Part shown: positions 8,271 through 16,645 of the stretch, piece by piece
Layout of the letters: each line of letters opens with the position of its first letter
Numbering within the stretch: position 1 is the first letter of the stretch
Virus record (IMG/VR): IMGVR_UViG_3300020045_003177
Coordinates: 1-27,677 of that record
Reading direction: 5' to 3' (one strand)
DNA length: 27,677 nt
From: a virus
Lineage: Duplodnaviria > Caudoviricetes
The notes under the pieces: model-generated
What the model saw: only the letters and a program-made list of their open reading frames with translations
The model's database searches: none
What the model was told of the DNA's origin: nothing
Made by a program: the position numbers and the translations under genes

Positions 8271-8875
8271 ACTGGAAACCAATCGAACAATTAACAAAAG
8301 AGTGGTATGATCTGAAAGTCAGTAAGATTTCAGGCACCCGTTTCGGTCAGGTTATTTCAGGCCGTAAAAATGCGTTGATTTACGAACTATTAAACGAGAA
8401 GTTAGACGGGTTTATTATGCCGGATGATTATACTTCTGATGATATGCAATTCGGGATTGATAATGAACCTATTGCAATGGACTTGTTAGAACAATACGCC
8501 GGAATGAAGTTTAGCCGTGGCGGTGTAATACTTTCGGATTATAGCGATATCCACATGGCAAGTCCGGACGGTGTTAACGAAGAAAACGGAGTTGTCGCTG
8601 AGGTTAAATGTACACGATACGGGTCAAAGCAAATACAAAGGTTCATTGAAGGGCCAGAGTCGGACAAAATGCCACAGATTATAAATTACTTTGCTCAATC
8701 GGAAACGGTTAAACGGGTATTGTGGGCGTCATATTGTCCGTACAGGCCAGAGCGGAAGTTGGTTGTTTGGGTGTATGAACGCGAACGATTTGAAAAAGAA
8801 ATAAAGGCCGGAATACTTGGCATAAAAGCAATTGAATCACAATTAACATACATAGAAAATAAATTCACATTTTAA
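8267..8875 (+). CDS. YqaJ/lambda-exonuclease family protein
   Basis: Motifs EQLTKEWY.LK...ISGT, MQFGIDNEP.A, ASPDG, EVKC and downstream Q. Confidence 0.85.
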   Translation: MNWKPIEQLTKEWYDLKVSKISGTRFGQVISGRKNALIYELLNEKLDGFIMPDDYTSDDMQFGIDNEPIAMDLLEQYAGMKFSRGGVILSDYSDIHMASPDGVNEENGVVAEVKCTRYGSKQIQRFIEGPESDKMPQIINYFAQSETVKRVLWASYCPYRPERKLVVWVYERERFEKEIKAGILGIKAIESQLTYIENKFTF

Positions 8876-8887
8876 AACCACAAAACA

Positions 8888-9901
8888 ATGGAACTAACAA
8901 AAGTAAACCCGCAGGAATTTGGACTTGAAGTATCACAGGCCGAAACAATTGAACAGGCTTTTATGCCAAAAATTATTGAACGTGATGGATATGCTGTTAT
9001 TTATAGCGATCTGATAAGTAAAGAAATTGATCAGAAAGTTTGTGCAGAGGCAAGTGATTTGAGAAAAAAGCTCGTTAAAGTACGAACCGGAATTGCAGAT
9101 ATTCACAAAACGCAAAAAGCTTTTTTCCTTGCAGCTGGTCGTTTTGTTGACGCATGGAAAAACAAAGAAACTTTACCAATTGAGCAAATGGAATCAACGC
9201 TTCAAAATATTGAGAATTATTATATCAATATTGAAAAAGAAAAGGCCGCAAAATTGAAGGAAGAACGAATTGCCAGACTTTCAGAAGTTTCTGATAATAC
9301 TGATTTGTTTCAGGTCGAACTTATGACAGATGCCGCATTTGAGGCACTTATCGAAGGTCAGAAGTTGGCAAAAGAAGCGCGTGTAAAAGCTGAACATGAA
9401 GCCGAAAAAGCCAGACTTGCAGCAATTGAAGCCGAAAAAGCCGAACAGGAACGTATCAGAAAAGAAAACGAAGCACTAAAAGCCGAAGCCGAAGCAAAAG
9501 AAAAGCAACTCGAATCCGAGCGCAAAGAGGCTGCTGATAAACTGAAAGCTGAACAGGATGCTGCTGAGGCTGCAAGGCTGAAAGCACAGGCCGAAGCTGA
9601 AGCAATACTAAAAACTGAGCGCGAAGAACGCGAAAAAGTTGAACGTGAATTGAAAGCAAAGCAGGTCGCTGAACTTGCAGCAAAACAAGAGGCTGAAAAA
9701 ATTGAAGCTGCACGAATCGAAGCAGAAAAGAAGGCCGCAAAAGCACCGGATAAAGACAAATTAAAATCCTTTGTTTCATCAATTGTTTTGCCTGTATTTC
9801 CTGAACTTAAAACGCCTGAATCAAAACACAAAGCTGCTGATATATCGGCCAAATTCGAGGCGTTCAAATCATGGGCTATAAGTCAAATTGAATCAATCTA
9901 A
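8888..9901 (+). CDS. Long Ala/Glu/Lys-rich coiled-coil protein
   Basis: EAEK/AERE-type low-complexity helix; context typical of phage recombination modules. Confidence 0.75.
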   Translation: MELTKVNPQEFGLEVSQAETIEQAFMPKIIERDGYAVIYSDLISKEIDQKVCAEASDLRKKLVKVRTGIADIHKTQKAFFLAAGRFVDAWKNKETLPIEQMESTLQNIENYYINIEKEKAAKLKEERIARLSEVSDNTDLFQVELMTDAAFEALIEGQKLAKEARVKAEHEAEKARLAAIEAEKAEQERIRKENEALKAEAEAKEKQLESERKEAADKLKAEQDAAEAARLKAQAEAEAILKTEREEREKVERELKAKQVAELAAKQEAEKIEAARIEAEKKAAKAPDKDKLKSFVSSIVLPVFPELKTPESKHKAADISAKFEAFKSWAISQIESI

Positions 9902-9944
9902 TCTAACAAAAACATCTGCGCTATCGGATTGACGGGCGAAAACC

Positions 9945-10301
9945 ATGAAAACCAAACACAAATTAATGATTATCACAGCCACCATTTTAACAGTCCTTTA
10001 TATGGTTCTGTTCAATCCGACACTGTTTAACCGATGGATTGCGGCCTGCCTATCGGTATTTCTGATCCTGATGTACATATTCCTTTACTCCCTATGCCGC
10101 TTATCCGGTGAGGCTTCAGAACGTGAAGAACGGATAAACCTAACAGCCTGGCGCAAAGGTCTGCAACGAAATGACCTGGTTCGTGTTGGCGGAATGGTTT
10201 ACCGGATTGAAACGTTTCATCCTAATGGAGTAATTGAACTATTCAGATATTCAAACGGTAATAAGTTCGTTACGATTGATGAGGTTTGTCCGGTGGAGTG
10301 A
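9945..10301 (+). CDS. Membrane protein (two TM segments)
   Basis: Two N-terminal hydrophobic segments and a soluble C-terminal domain. Confidence 0.6.
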   Translation: MKTKHKLMIITATILTVLYMVLFNPTLFNRWIAACLSVFLILMYIFLYSLCRLSGEASEREERINLTAWRKGLQRNDLVRVGGMVYRIETFHPNGVIELFRYSNGNKFVTIDEVCPVE

Positions 10302-10310
10302 TTGCGGTAT

Positions 10311-10406
10311 AACTAACGTATGGCGGTATGGTATGTGCGACTTGTACAGCCAAAACGCTCAGAATACCGAATAAACTTGTCGCATATATTATACCGCGTG
10401 TTAGTT
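10311..10406 (-). mobile_element. attC-like inverted-repeat site 1
   Basis: Terminal boxes AACTAAC (10311) and GTTAGTT (10400), with inner 19-bp arms GCGGTATGGTATGTGCGAC / GTCGCATATATTATACCGC. Confidence 0.6.
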
Positions 10407-10451
10407 GTCTGTAAAAAAATGATGCTCAATTTACCTAATCTTAAATAAAAC

Positions 10452-11324
10452 ATGAAAGTAATAACACTATACTCAGGAGGCAAGGATTCACAAGGATCGC
10501 TTATTTGGGCTGTTAACGAATACGGTGCTGAAAACGTGGAAGCATTAACACTTGATACTGTTTGGGAAAATCCAGTTACTTATCAGCATATTATTGATAC
10601 ATGCAAGCAATTGAACGTAAAACTTAATATTGCTAAATCTAAAAAGTATGACGGATTTCTTGATTTAGCAAAAAAGAAAGGTAGATTTCCAAGCATGACA
10701 GCAAGATTTTGTACTGAGGAATTGAAGCAAATACCCGCAATTGATTTTATTTTATCTCATGCTGAAAACCTAATTGTAATTGAAGGAATAAGAGCCAATG
10801 AATCAATTAAACGCTCGCACTTGAATCAGTTTTGTACGTTCTTTAAATATTATTTTGAGCCTTACGGAACTGATAAAAAAGGCAAAAATAAGTTTATGAC
10901 TTACAGAAAAAAGGATATTATAAAATGGTGTGCCACTTATAATGCCGACAAAATAAGACCTGTATTTGATTGGACTGCTGAACAGGTAATTGATTACATA
11001 AGAGCAAACGGGCAAGAACCAAATCCGCTATACTTTCAAGGATTTAAAAGAGTTGGTTGTTTCCCTTGTGTTCACGAATCGCACAAAGGATTAAAATTAA
11101 TAATTGATAACCACCCTGAACAATGGCAGAAAGTGAAAGATGCTGAAAAGTTTGTAGGTTCTGGATTTTTTAAACCCGATTACGTGCCTAAAAGATTTAG
11201 ATCAAACAAGATTTACTCAAGTACTTCTGATATTGAAAAATACTTAAATGAAAAGAATGCAACATCAGATTTATTTGAAACAGATACACCAGGCTGCATG
11301 AGTGCCTATAATCTTTGTGAATAA
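10452..11324 (+). CDS. PAPS reductase-family (PP-loop, DndC-like) protein
   Basis: Motifs YSGGKDS, DTVWE, RFCTEELK, GIRANES..R and RVGCFPC. Confidence 0.85.
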   Translation: MKVITLYSGGKDSQGSLIWAVNEYGAENVEALTLDTVWENPVTYQHIIDTCKQLNVKLNIAKSKKYDGFLDLAKKKGRFPSMTARFCTEELKQIPAIDFILSHAENLIVIEGIRANESIKRSHLNQFCTFFKYYFEPYGTDKKGKNKFMTYRKKDIIKWCATYNADKIRPVFDWTAEQVIDYIRANGQEPNPLYFQGFKRVGCFPCVHESHKGLKLIIDNHPEQWQKVKDAEKFVGSGFFKPDYVPKRFRSNKIYSSTSDIEKYLNEKNATSDLFETDTPGCMSAYNLCE

Positions 11325-11518
11325 TGGAAAATGATTTAATTGGTTGCCCAGATAATAATCCGAAGTGTAAAGGATGGTATAAGGATAATGGAGGCGAAAT
11401 AGATGATGATGAATACGGATGTTTATATAATACAGAGATTAATTGTGAAGATTGTATGTATGGATCAGGAAGCCTTAACCCAGAGCAGAATATTGTGCCG
11501 AGCATTGGTAACTCGTGA
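11324..11518 (+). CDS. Small Cys-rich acidic protein
   Basis: TAATG overlap with the upstream gene; several Cys including CEDC. Confidence 0.5.
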   Translation: MENDLIGCPDNNPKCKGWYKDNGGEIDDDEYGCLYNTEINCEDCMYGSGSLNPEQNIVPSIGNS

Positions 11519-11539
11519 ACCATATCATTTTTTTATTGC

Positions 11540-11597
11540 AACTAACGAGCCGATAACTGTCACTCCTTTTAATTGGCAGTTATACAATATGTTAGGA
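11540..11597 (-). mobile_element. attC-like inverted-repeat site 2 (58 bp)
   Basis: AACTAAC (11540) ... ATAACTGTCA / TGGCAGTTAT arms ... GTTAGGA (11591). Confidence 0.55.
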
Positions 11598-11639
11598 ACT
11601 AATTTTACTTAATGAATTGTTAAATAAATAACTGCCACA

Positions 11640-11716
11640 TTGACAAATATCAACGCAAACAGCTATAAATCTCATTAACAACTCAGAACCAATTACCGAG
11701 AAATAGACTAATTTAG
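11640..11716 (+). promoter_or_regulatory. Class I promoter: TTGACAAATATCAA, second box at +22, -7 box TAATTTAG (11709)
   Basis: Spacing conserved with the other three copies. Confidence 0.7.
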
Positions 11717-11720
11717 AGGC

Positions 11721-11903
11721 ATGAAATACGAACAGGAAACACGCTACGATCTGCGGGAAAAGCACGTAAAGAACCACATTAAACCGGTGTATTGTAAACA
11801 ATGCCGCGAGGAATTGCAGCCGGACGATGGGGAGTATTGCGAGGAGTGCTGGGCGGAGGTGATGTATTTAGAAAGGAAGGGGGTGCGGGGTGGTAGGGTA
11901 TAA
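11721..11903 (+). CDS. Small zinc-ribbon-like protein
   Basis: CKQC and CEEC motifs; directly after a promoter. Confidence 0.55.
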   Translation: MKYEQETRYDLREKHVKNHIKPVYCKQCREELQPDDGEYCEECWAEVMYLERKGVRGGRV

Positions 11904-12615
11904 AGACAAGCACGAATATATAAGTCCTACTGGCCTTAAAAGCGTGGTATATTTGATGGATTGCATGGAGGGAATGGCTCAGACGAAAGATAAAGAGTTT
12001 TGTTTAAGTTTGGTTGATCCGCCCTATGGGAACAATGATGCAATAGGTATAGTAAACGGAAACGGGCACGCAGCCAAAAGAAAAAACTATGAACTATTTA
12101 AAAATATTGCACCAAAAGCAGAATATTTTAAGGAATTAAAACGAGTTTCAAAACATCAAATAATTTGGGGTGGTAATTGGTTTGGATTAAAGGGTGGGTA
12201 TTTGTGTTGGAATAAAAATGGAACTGCTTTTGGCGAAGCTGAACTTGCTTATTGTTCTATGTTTAATTCAGTAAGAATTTATGAATTTACTTGGAATGGT
12301 ATGCTTCAGGGTGATATGAAAAACAAAGAGGTGAGAATACATCCTACGCAAAAACCGATTCAATTATATAGATGGATTTACGCCACCTACCTCCCAACCG
12401 GAGGCAAAGTCATTGATACCCACCTCGGAAGCCAAAGCAACCGGATAGCAGCATACGACCGTGGTAATATTGACTTTACGGCATACGAAACCGATCCGGA
12501 TTATTTCGCTGAAGGTAACGCAAGATTTGAACGGCACCGGATAAAGTGCGAAGAACTTAAAGAACTTGGATTCGCTAAAACTGAACTATCGTTAATTAAC
12601 CCAACCCTATTTTAA
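11890..12615 (+). CDS. DNA N6-adenine/N4-cytosine methyltransferase (beta-class order)
   Basis: DCMEGM, VDPPY catalytic motif, HPTQKP, then DTHLGSQS SAM-binding motif. Confidence 0.9.
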   Translation: MVGYKDKHEYISPTGLKSVVYLMDCMEGMAQTKDKEFCLSLVDPPYGNNDAIGIVNGNGHAAKRKNYELFKNIAPKAEYFKELKRVSKHQIIWGGNWFGLKGGYLCWNKNGTAFGEAELAYCSMFNSVRIYEFTWNGMLQGDMKNKEVRIHPTQKPIQLYRWIYATYLPTGGKVIDTHLGSQSNRIAAYDRGNIDFTAYETDPDYFAEGNARFERHRIKCEELKELGFAKTELSLINPTLF

Positions 12616-12845
12616 TGAAACTACTAACAACTGGATTTCTACAGGTGTACTTTGTTGCAATTAACACCGTATTCCTATCACGATCAAATTATACCGGCGT
12701 ACTTGTTGCTGCATTCCTTATTAGCTTCGTATGGAGTTGGAACGTTCACCGGATTTCGGTATCTACATGGAAAGAAAAAATAATTTATTCAGCCGGAGCC
12801 GCCTTGGGTAGCTTGGCCGGATTACTAACTACAAAACTCTTCTAA
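12615..12845 (+). CDS. Small multi-TM membrane protein
   Basis: 76 aa, almost entirely hydrophobic; TAATG coupling. Confidence 0.65.
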   Translation: MKLLTTGFLQVYFVAINTVFLSRSNYTGVLVAAFLISFVWSWNVHRISVSTWKEKIIYSAGAALGSLAGLLTTKLF

Positions 12846-13030
12846 TGAAAACCCTTCTAATGACCGACAACAGCCGAATAGTTGACACCGGCAAAGACAT
12901 ATACCAATATTACAAGCGGGTAGCGGTGCAGTACAAGCCGTGGGTGCTGGTCAGGTCAAAGGATAGCCGAGGAAAGCAGATGTATTTTGCGACTGAGGCG
13001 GAATTGATGGAATTTATTAATAACCAATAA
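12845..13030 (+). CDS. Hypothetical protein
   Basis: TAATG-coupled ORF. Confidence 0.55.
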   Translation: MKTLLMTDNSRIVDTGKDIYQYYKRVAVQYKPWVLVRSKDSRGKQMYFATEAELMEFINNQ

Positions 13031-13040
13031 AATAAACACT

Positions 13041-13319
13041 ATGAAAATCATTTCAATGGCCAATACCAGCCCAAATTGGTATTACACAATGAAGGAACAC
13101 GACACAACAGTCGAAGGTTCAAAACTAACAGGCAAATGCACCATTACTGGAATTTGCAGAGAAAACGCGCAAGTAGGTGATGTTTTGGATATGGGTAAAA
13201 TATCCTATACTATCGAAAGTATTGAAAAACGCAATGCCGCCGGAGTGTGGAATAATCCGGAAGATGCTAAAGACGCATTTTTTACAGCTGAAACAAGTTT
13301 TACGCGGTTTATTAATTAA
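13041..13319 (+). CDS. Hypothetical protein
   Basis: A-rich leader; fills the operon gap. Confidence 0.55.
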   Translation: MKIISMANTSPNWYYTMKEHDTTVEGSKLTGKCTITGICRENAQVGDVLDMGKISYTIESIEKRNAAGVWNNPEDAKDAFFTAETSFTRFIN

Positions 13320-13329
13320 TCAAATCACA

Positions 13330-13668
13330 ATGGAAATCAAAGGACAATTCAGCAAACTAATCGAAACCAAAACCGGAGAAGGTAAAAACGGCAAATGGGA
13401 GGCGCAAACATTTATGATCGATGTACAAGGCCAGTACCCGAAAAAGCCTGTATTTGAACTATTCAACAATGCCGATGCAATAGCCGGATTGAAAGCGGGC
13501 GACACTATCATAGTTCACTTCGACCTTGATAGTTCGGAATGGAACGGGAAATACTTTGCAAAGGTTAAAGCGTTTAAGGTTGCGAGGGAACAGCAGTCAG
13601 CACAACCGGCATACCAGGCACCGGCGGCACAACAGGAACAGGGCGGAGGCGACCAGCTACCGTTCTAA
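13330..13668 (+). CDS. DUF3127-family putative ssDNA-binding protein (start revised to ATG 13330)
   Basis: MEIKG...GKW..Q.F....QYPKK..FELF...SSEWNGKYF..VKAFKV, Gln/Ala linker and DQLPF C-terminal tail. Confidence 0.8.
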   Translation: MEIKGQFSKLIETKTGEGKNGKWEAQTFMIDVQGQYPKKPVFELFNNADAIAGLKAGDTIIVHFDLDSSEWNGKYFAKVKAFKVAREQQSAQPAYQAPAAQQEQGGGDQLPF

Positions 13669-13675
13669 TCACAAC

Positions 13676-13773
13676 AACCGGATGGCGGAATATGGCACAA
13701 CACACTAAGGAGGAGTTGGTACCGAGTCGCAAGCCATGCGAGAGCTTCGCAGGTTCGAATCCTGCTCCGGTTG
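13676..13773 (+). ncRNA. tRNA-like RNA or degenerate tRNA with no clear anticodon arm
   Basis: Acceptor stem AACCGGA/TCCGGTT, TGGCGGAAT D-arm start, perfect T-arm GCAGG-TTCGAAT-CCTGC. Confidence 0.6.
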
Positions 13774-13807
13774 CTAAGATAATTTAAACCACTAAAACCA
13801 AAATAAT

Positions 13808-14116
13808 ATGAAAACCTTAATCAACCTTAATCACATCAATTCTGATAAAATATTAATAGATCAAAAAGGAGTTTTCTATGTGGTTGTTTCTACATTCTTT
13901 GATGATGAAAAGCAACTATGTACACTAAAACTAATCGAACTCAACGAATATTTTACTAACGTACAAATGACTGTTCCAATAGCCTCAAATAAGGAAAATG
14001 AATTTATATCTGTAAATGATACAAGTTTTGTTTATTGTTTTACAGAGATTGAACTGAGTAAAAAGCAGTTGTCAAAAGAAATTAATTCTATAATCAGGGA
14101 CAAACTTAAACAATAA
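13808..14116 (+). CDS. Hypothetical protein (AT-rich)
   Basis: 102-aa ORF with an A/C-rich leader. Confidence 0.55.
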   Translation: MKTLINLNHINSDKILIDQKGVFYVVVSTFFDDEKQLCTLKLIELNEYFTNVQMTVPIASNKENEFISVNDTSFVYCFTEIELSKKQLSKEINSIIRDKLKQ

Positions 14117-14164
14117 TTATCAACAAACCACTAATTAACAGGGAAATTGTAGTATATTTACAAT
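14117..14164 (+). promoter_or_regulatory. Class II-like promoter: TTATCAACAAA (14117) and TATATTTACAA (14153)
   Basis: Same motif pair as 2745, 21047 and 22948; spacing 36 instead of 35, and one mismatch in the -7 box. Confidence 0.5.
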
Positions 14165-14180
14165 CGCAAATACTTCCAGA

Positions 14181-14297
14181 ATGAACAACGCTTTAATATC
14201 TAAGGTACATAATTACAAATCCAGTAAGGTGGGGTCTGGAAGCCCGTGCAGCCTTCTGGATTTTGTTTTTGTGTGCCTTTTCCTCATATATGGCTAA
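14181..14297 (+). CDS. Putative leader peptide (38 aa) overlapping the replication gene start
   Basis: MNNALISKVHNYKSSKVGSGSPCSLLDFVFVCLFLIYG*; spans a hairpin, and its stop lies just downstream of ATG 14290. Confidence 0.35.
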   Translation: MNNALISKVHNYKSSKVGSGSPCSLLDFVFVCLFLIYG

Positions 14298-16428
14298 AGT
14301 TACTCAATTCAAAAACGGTAAAAGTCCAGGTAATTTTATTATTCGGGATTCTGAAGACGTATTGAACGACATCAAAACGGGCGTTTATACCGCTCAAATT
14401 GATACATTAAATTCATTTGAATACGATTCACCAGAGCAAAAGGATTTCAAAACTACTCAAATTCCGGCGATTGGTTGGAACGGAGTTTTTACATACCGTG
14501 CAAACGATAAACTTGTAGAACATTCAGGATTAGTTGCTATTGATTTCGATCATATTCCTGAAGATGAATTTCAATTATATTTCGACAAGCTAAAATCTGA
14601 TAAATATACTTATTCAGTTTTTAGAAGCCCGCGACGTGATGGGTTGAAGTGTATTGTAAGAATTAAGCCAGATATTCAATTACACAGGGCATTGGTTTGC
14701 GGGTTAAGACAGCATTACAATTCAAAGTATTATGACCATTTTGAAGACGAAAGCCGTTTATGTTTTATTAGCGTTGATCCGGATATTTACATAAATCTTA
14801 ATGCTGAAGAGTGGAACACGCCGGAAAGGGTAAAACAGTCAAACAATAAAAAATCAAACGAAGGTGTTAGTAGTGATATTTCAGGGGTAATTAACAGGCT
14901 GATAAAGTGGGAGGAAAATAAAGGAATGTATTATGTAGATAGAAACAAACATAAGTTTTTAGTTTCTATTTTCGGTGCTACATGCCGGTTTGGAGTTAAA
15001 GAAGATGATTCAGTTGATTACCTATACAATAAGCTAAATGAATCGAATGAAACTGAATTTGTCAACAAATCAGACTATATAAAAATAGCACGAAGTTCAT
15101 ATATAAACTTTGCAGATCAGTTTAATACCGAAAAATTTACTGAGGCTCCCAAAGATAACATTCCTATTCAAATTGAAGTAGAAGACGAAGACCCGCAAAA
15201 GCCTTCATTTCCTATTGATGTATTCCCAGAGGATATAAGAAACTTAATTTATCAGCTAAATTCGGCATTGAATTACAGTAAGGATTATTTAAGTATCGCC
15301 ATAATGTCGACATTTGCCACGCTTAACGGGAATAAGTTTAAGTTAAAAGTAAAAAATGAATGGATTGCGCCTACTATATTTTGGTTTGCGGCAGTTGGTG
15401 AACCTGGAGTTAATAAAACCCACCCGCTAAAATCTATACTTAAACCGATTGCAAAAATTGATTCAAAAAGTAAAGATGAATACGATTCAATAATGAAGTC
15501 ATTAAGTGCTGAAGATAAAAAGGACGAAACTAAAAAGCCTAAGTTTAAGCAAATAATAATCAACGATTATACATTAGAGGCTTTACATAGTATTCACGAT
15601 ATTAACAAGCGCGGAGTATTGCTATACCGTGATGAGTTAATTGGGTTCCTTAAAGATATGAATAAATATCGTAAAGGATCAGACGAACAGTTTTGGCTTG
15701 AATCATTCAATAATAACAGCTACATAGTTAACAGGGTAACGAAAGACCCGTTAATGATTGAATTTGCGAACATCAATATTATTGGAACTATTCAGCCGGA
15801 ACTATTGAGCCAGGTAATTAAAGAACATGCCGGAAACGGTTTAACTGATCGGTTCCTATACACGACAAACGAAACAGAAATATTTCCATTGAACACATCA
15901 GACGTTAACGAGAGATGGGTAGATTGGTGGAAGGATATAATGACCGGTTATAATCAATGGAGTGAATTTTTAGATAAGTACGATACTAAAATAGTAAATC
16001 TAACACCTATAGGAATGGAAGAGTTAATTTCTTCAGATTCAAATTTATGTGAACTTCAAAAGCGATCAGATACTACTTATTATATGCGAAACTATATAAG
16101 TAAAATGAGGACTTATTTGCCACGTTTCAGCCTATTAGTTTGCCTGATTGAAGTATATTTGACCGGCTGCACGTTTATAGTTGATATTGACCACGTAAAG
16201 AAAGCCAACAAAATAATTAATTACTTCATGGATTCGGCTAAATTCGTATTCAACGATGCTGATAAAACTGACGAAATAGAATCTGTTTCAGTTAAGTTGA
16301 ATGGTAAAACGAAAGCCGAAAAAATAGAGGCACTCCATAAAATGAAATACAAACAGTCTGATATTGCCAAAAAGTTGAAAGTGTCAGATGCTTACGTTAG
16401 TAAAATTTTGAAATTGGTTAAGATTTAG
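14290..16428 (+). CDS. Primase-helicase replication protein (BT4734/VirE_N-like N-terminus, DUF3987-like NTPase, C-terminal HTH)
   Basis: HSGLVAIDFDH and FRSPRRDGLK (VirE_N-like); GEPGVNKT Walker A-like; YRDEL; IIGTIQP; GLTDRFL; QSDIAKKLKVSDAYVSKI HTH. ATG 14290 preferred over TTG 14263. Confidence 0.85.
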   Translation: MAKVTQFKNGKSPGNFIIRDSEDVLNDIKTGVYTAQIDTLNSFEYDSPEQKDFKTTQIPAIGWNGVFTYRANDKLVEHSGLVAIDFDHIPEDEFQLYFDKLKSDKYTYSVFRSPRRDGLKCIVRIKPDIQLHRALVCGLRQHYNSKYYDHFEDESRLCFISVDPDIYINLNAEEWNTPERVKQSNNKKSNEGVSSDISGVINRLIKWEENKGMYYVDRNKHKFLVSIFGATCRFGVKEDDSVDYLYNKLNESNETEFVNKSDYIKIARSSYINFADQFNTEKFTEAPKDNIPIQIEVEDEDPQKPSFPIDVFPEDIRNLIYQLNSALNYSKDYLSIAIMSTFATLNGNKFKLKVKNEWIAPTIFWFAAVGEPGVNKTHPLKSILKPIAKIDSKSKDEYDSIMKSLSAEDKKDETKKPKFKQIIINDYTLEALHSIHDINKRGVLLYRDELIGFLKDMNKYRKGSDEQFWLESFNNNSYIVNRVTKDPLMIEFANINIIGTIQPELLSQVIKEHAGNGLTDRFLYTTNETEIFPLNTSDVNERWVDWWKDIMTGYNQWSEFLDKYDTKIVNLTPIGMEELISSDSNLCELQKRSDTTYYMRNYISKMRTYLPRFSLLVCLIEVYLTGCTFIVDIDHVKKANKIINYFMDSAKFVFNDADKTDEIESVSVKLNGKTKAEKIEALHKMKYKQSDIAKKLKVSDAYVSKILKLVKI

Positions 16429-16645
16429 TTAACCTTTTGGTTAACACTCAACGCTTAGAGAGAGTAAGCATTGATGCCAAAAGTTAACCAGGTTAAGTTA
16501 ACTTTTTTCTAACGTGAAATAATAATAATAAATATATTATATAGTTTAGTTAACTTTAGTTAATAAATTACATGTAGCCTTAGATACTCTAAGGATTACG
16601 ACTTAACTAAAAGTTAACCATTGGTTAAGACTTAGTTAACTTTTA
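16414..16645. repeat. Putative replication origin: clustered GTTAAC palindromes around an AT-rich core
   Basis: GTTAAC at 16428, 16440, 16483, 16497, 16549, 16613 and 16635; near-identical 25-bp direct repeats at 16414 and 16621; directly after the primase-helicase gene. Confidence 0.7.

Noticed and set aside
9380-9760. Recurrent gaagccgaaaaagc-type repeats
   Set aside because: Explained by the EAEKA-rich coiled-coil protein sequence
11876-11899. G-quadruplex at ggaagggggtgcggggtggtaggg
   Set aside because: Only three runs of three or more G; treated as part of the broader G-rich gene-end pattern
13676-13773. Canonical tRNA-Leu/Ser call, or an attP site
   Set aside because: No identifiable anticodon stem-loop, and no integrase or duplicated tRNA end in the window
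16414-16645. Mini-CRISPR array or further attC sites in the GTTAAC cluster
   Set aside because: Repeats are short, irregularly spaced palindromes without unique spacers or attC-type arms; an origin fits the context better
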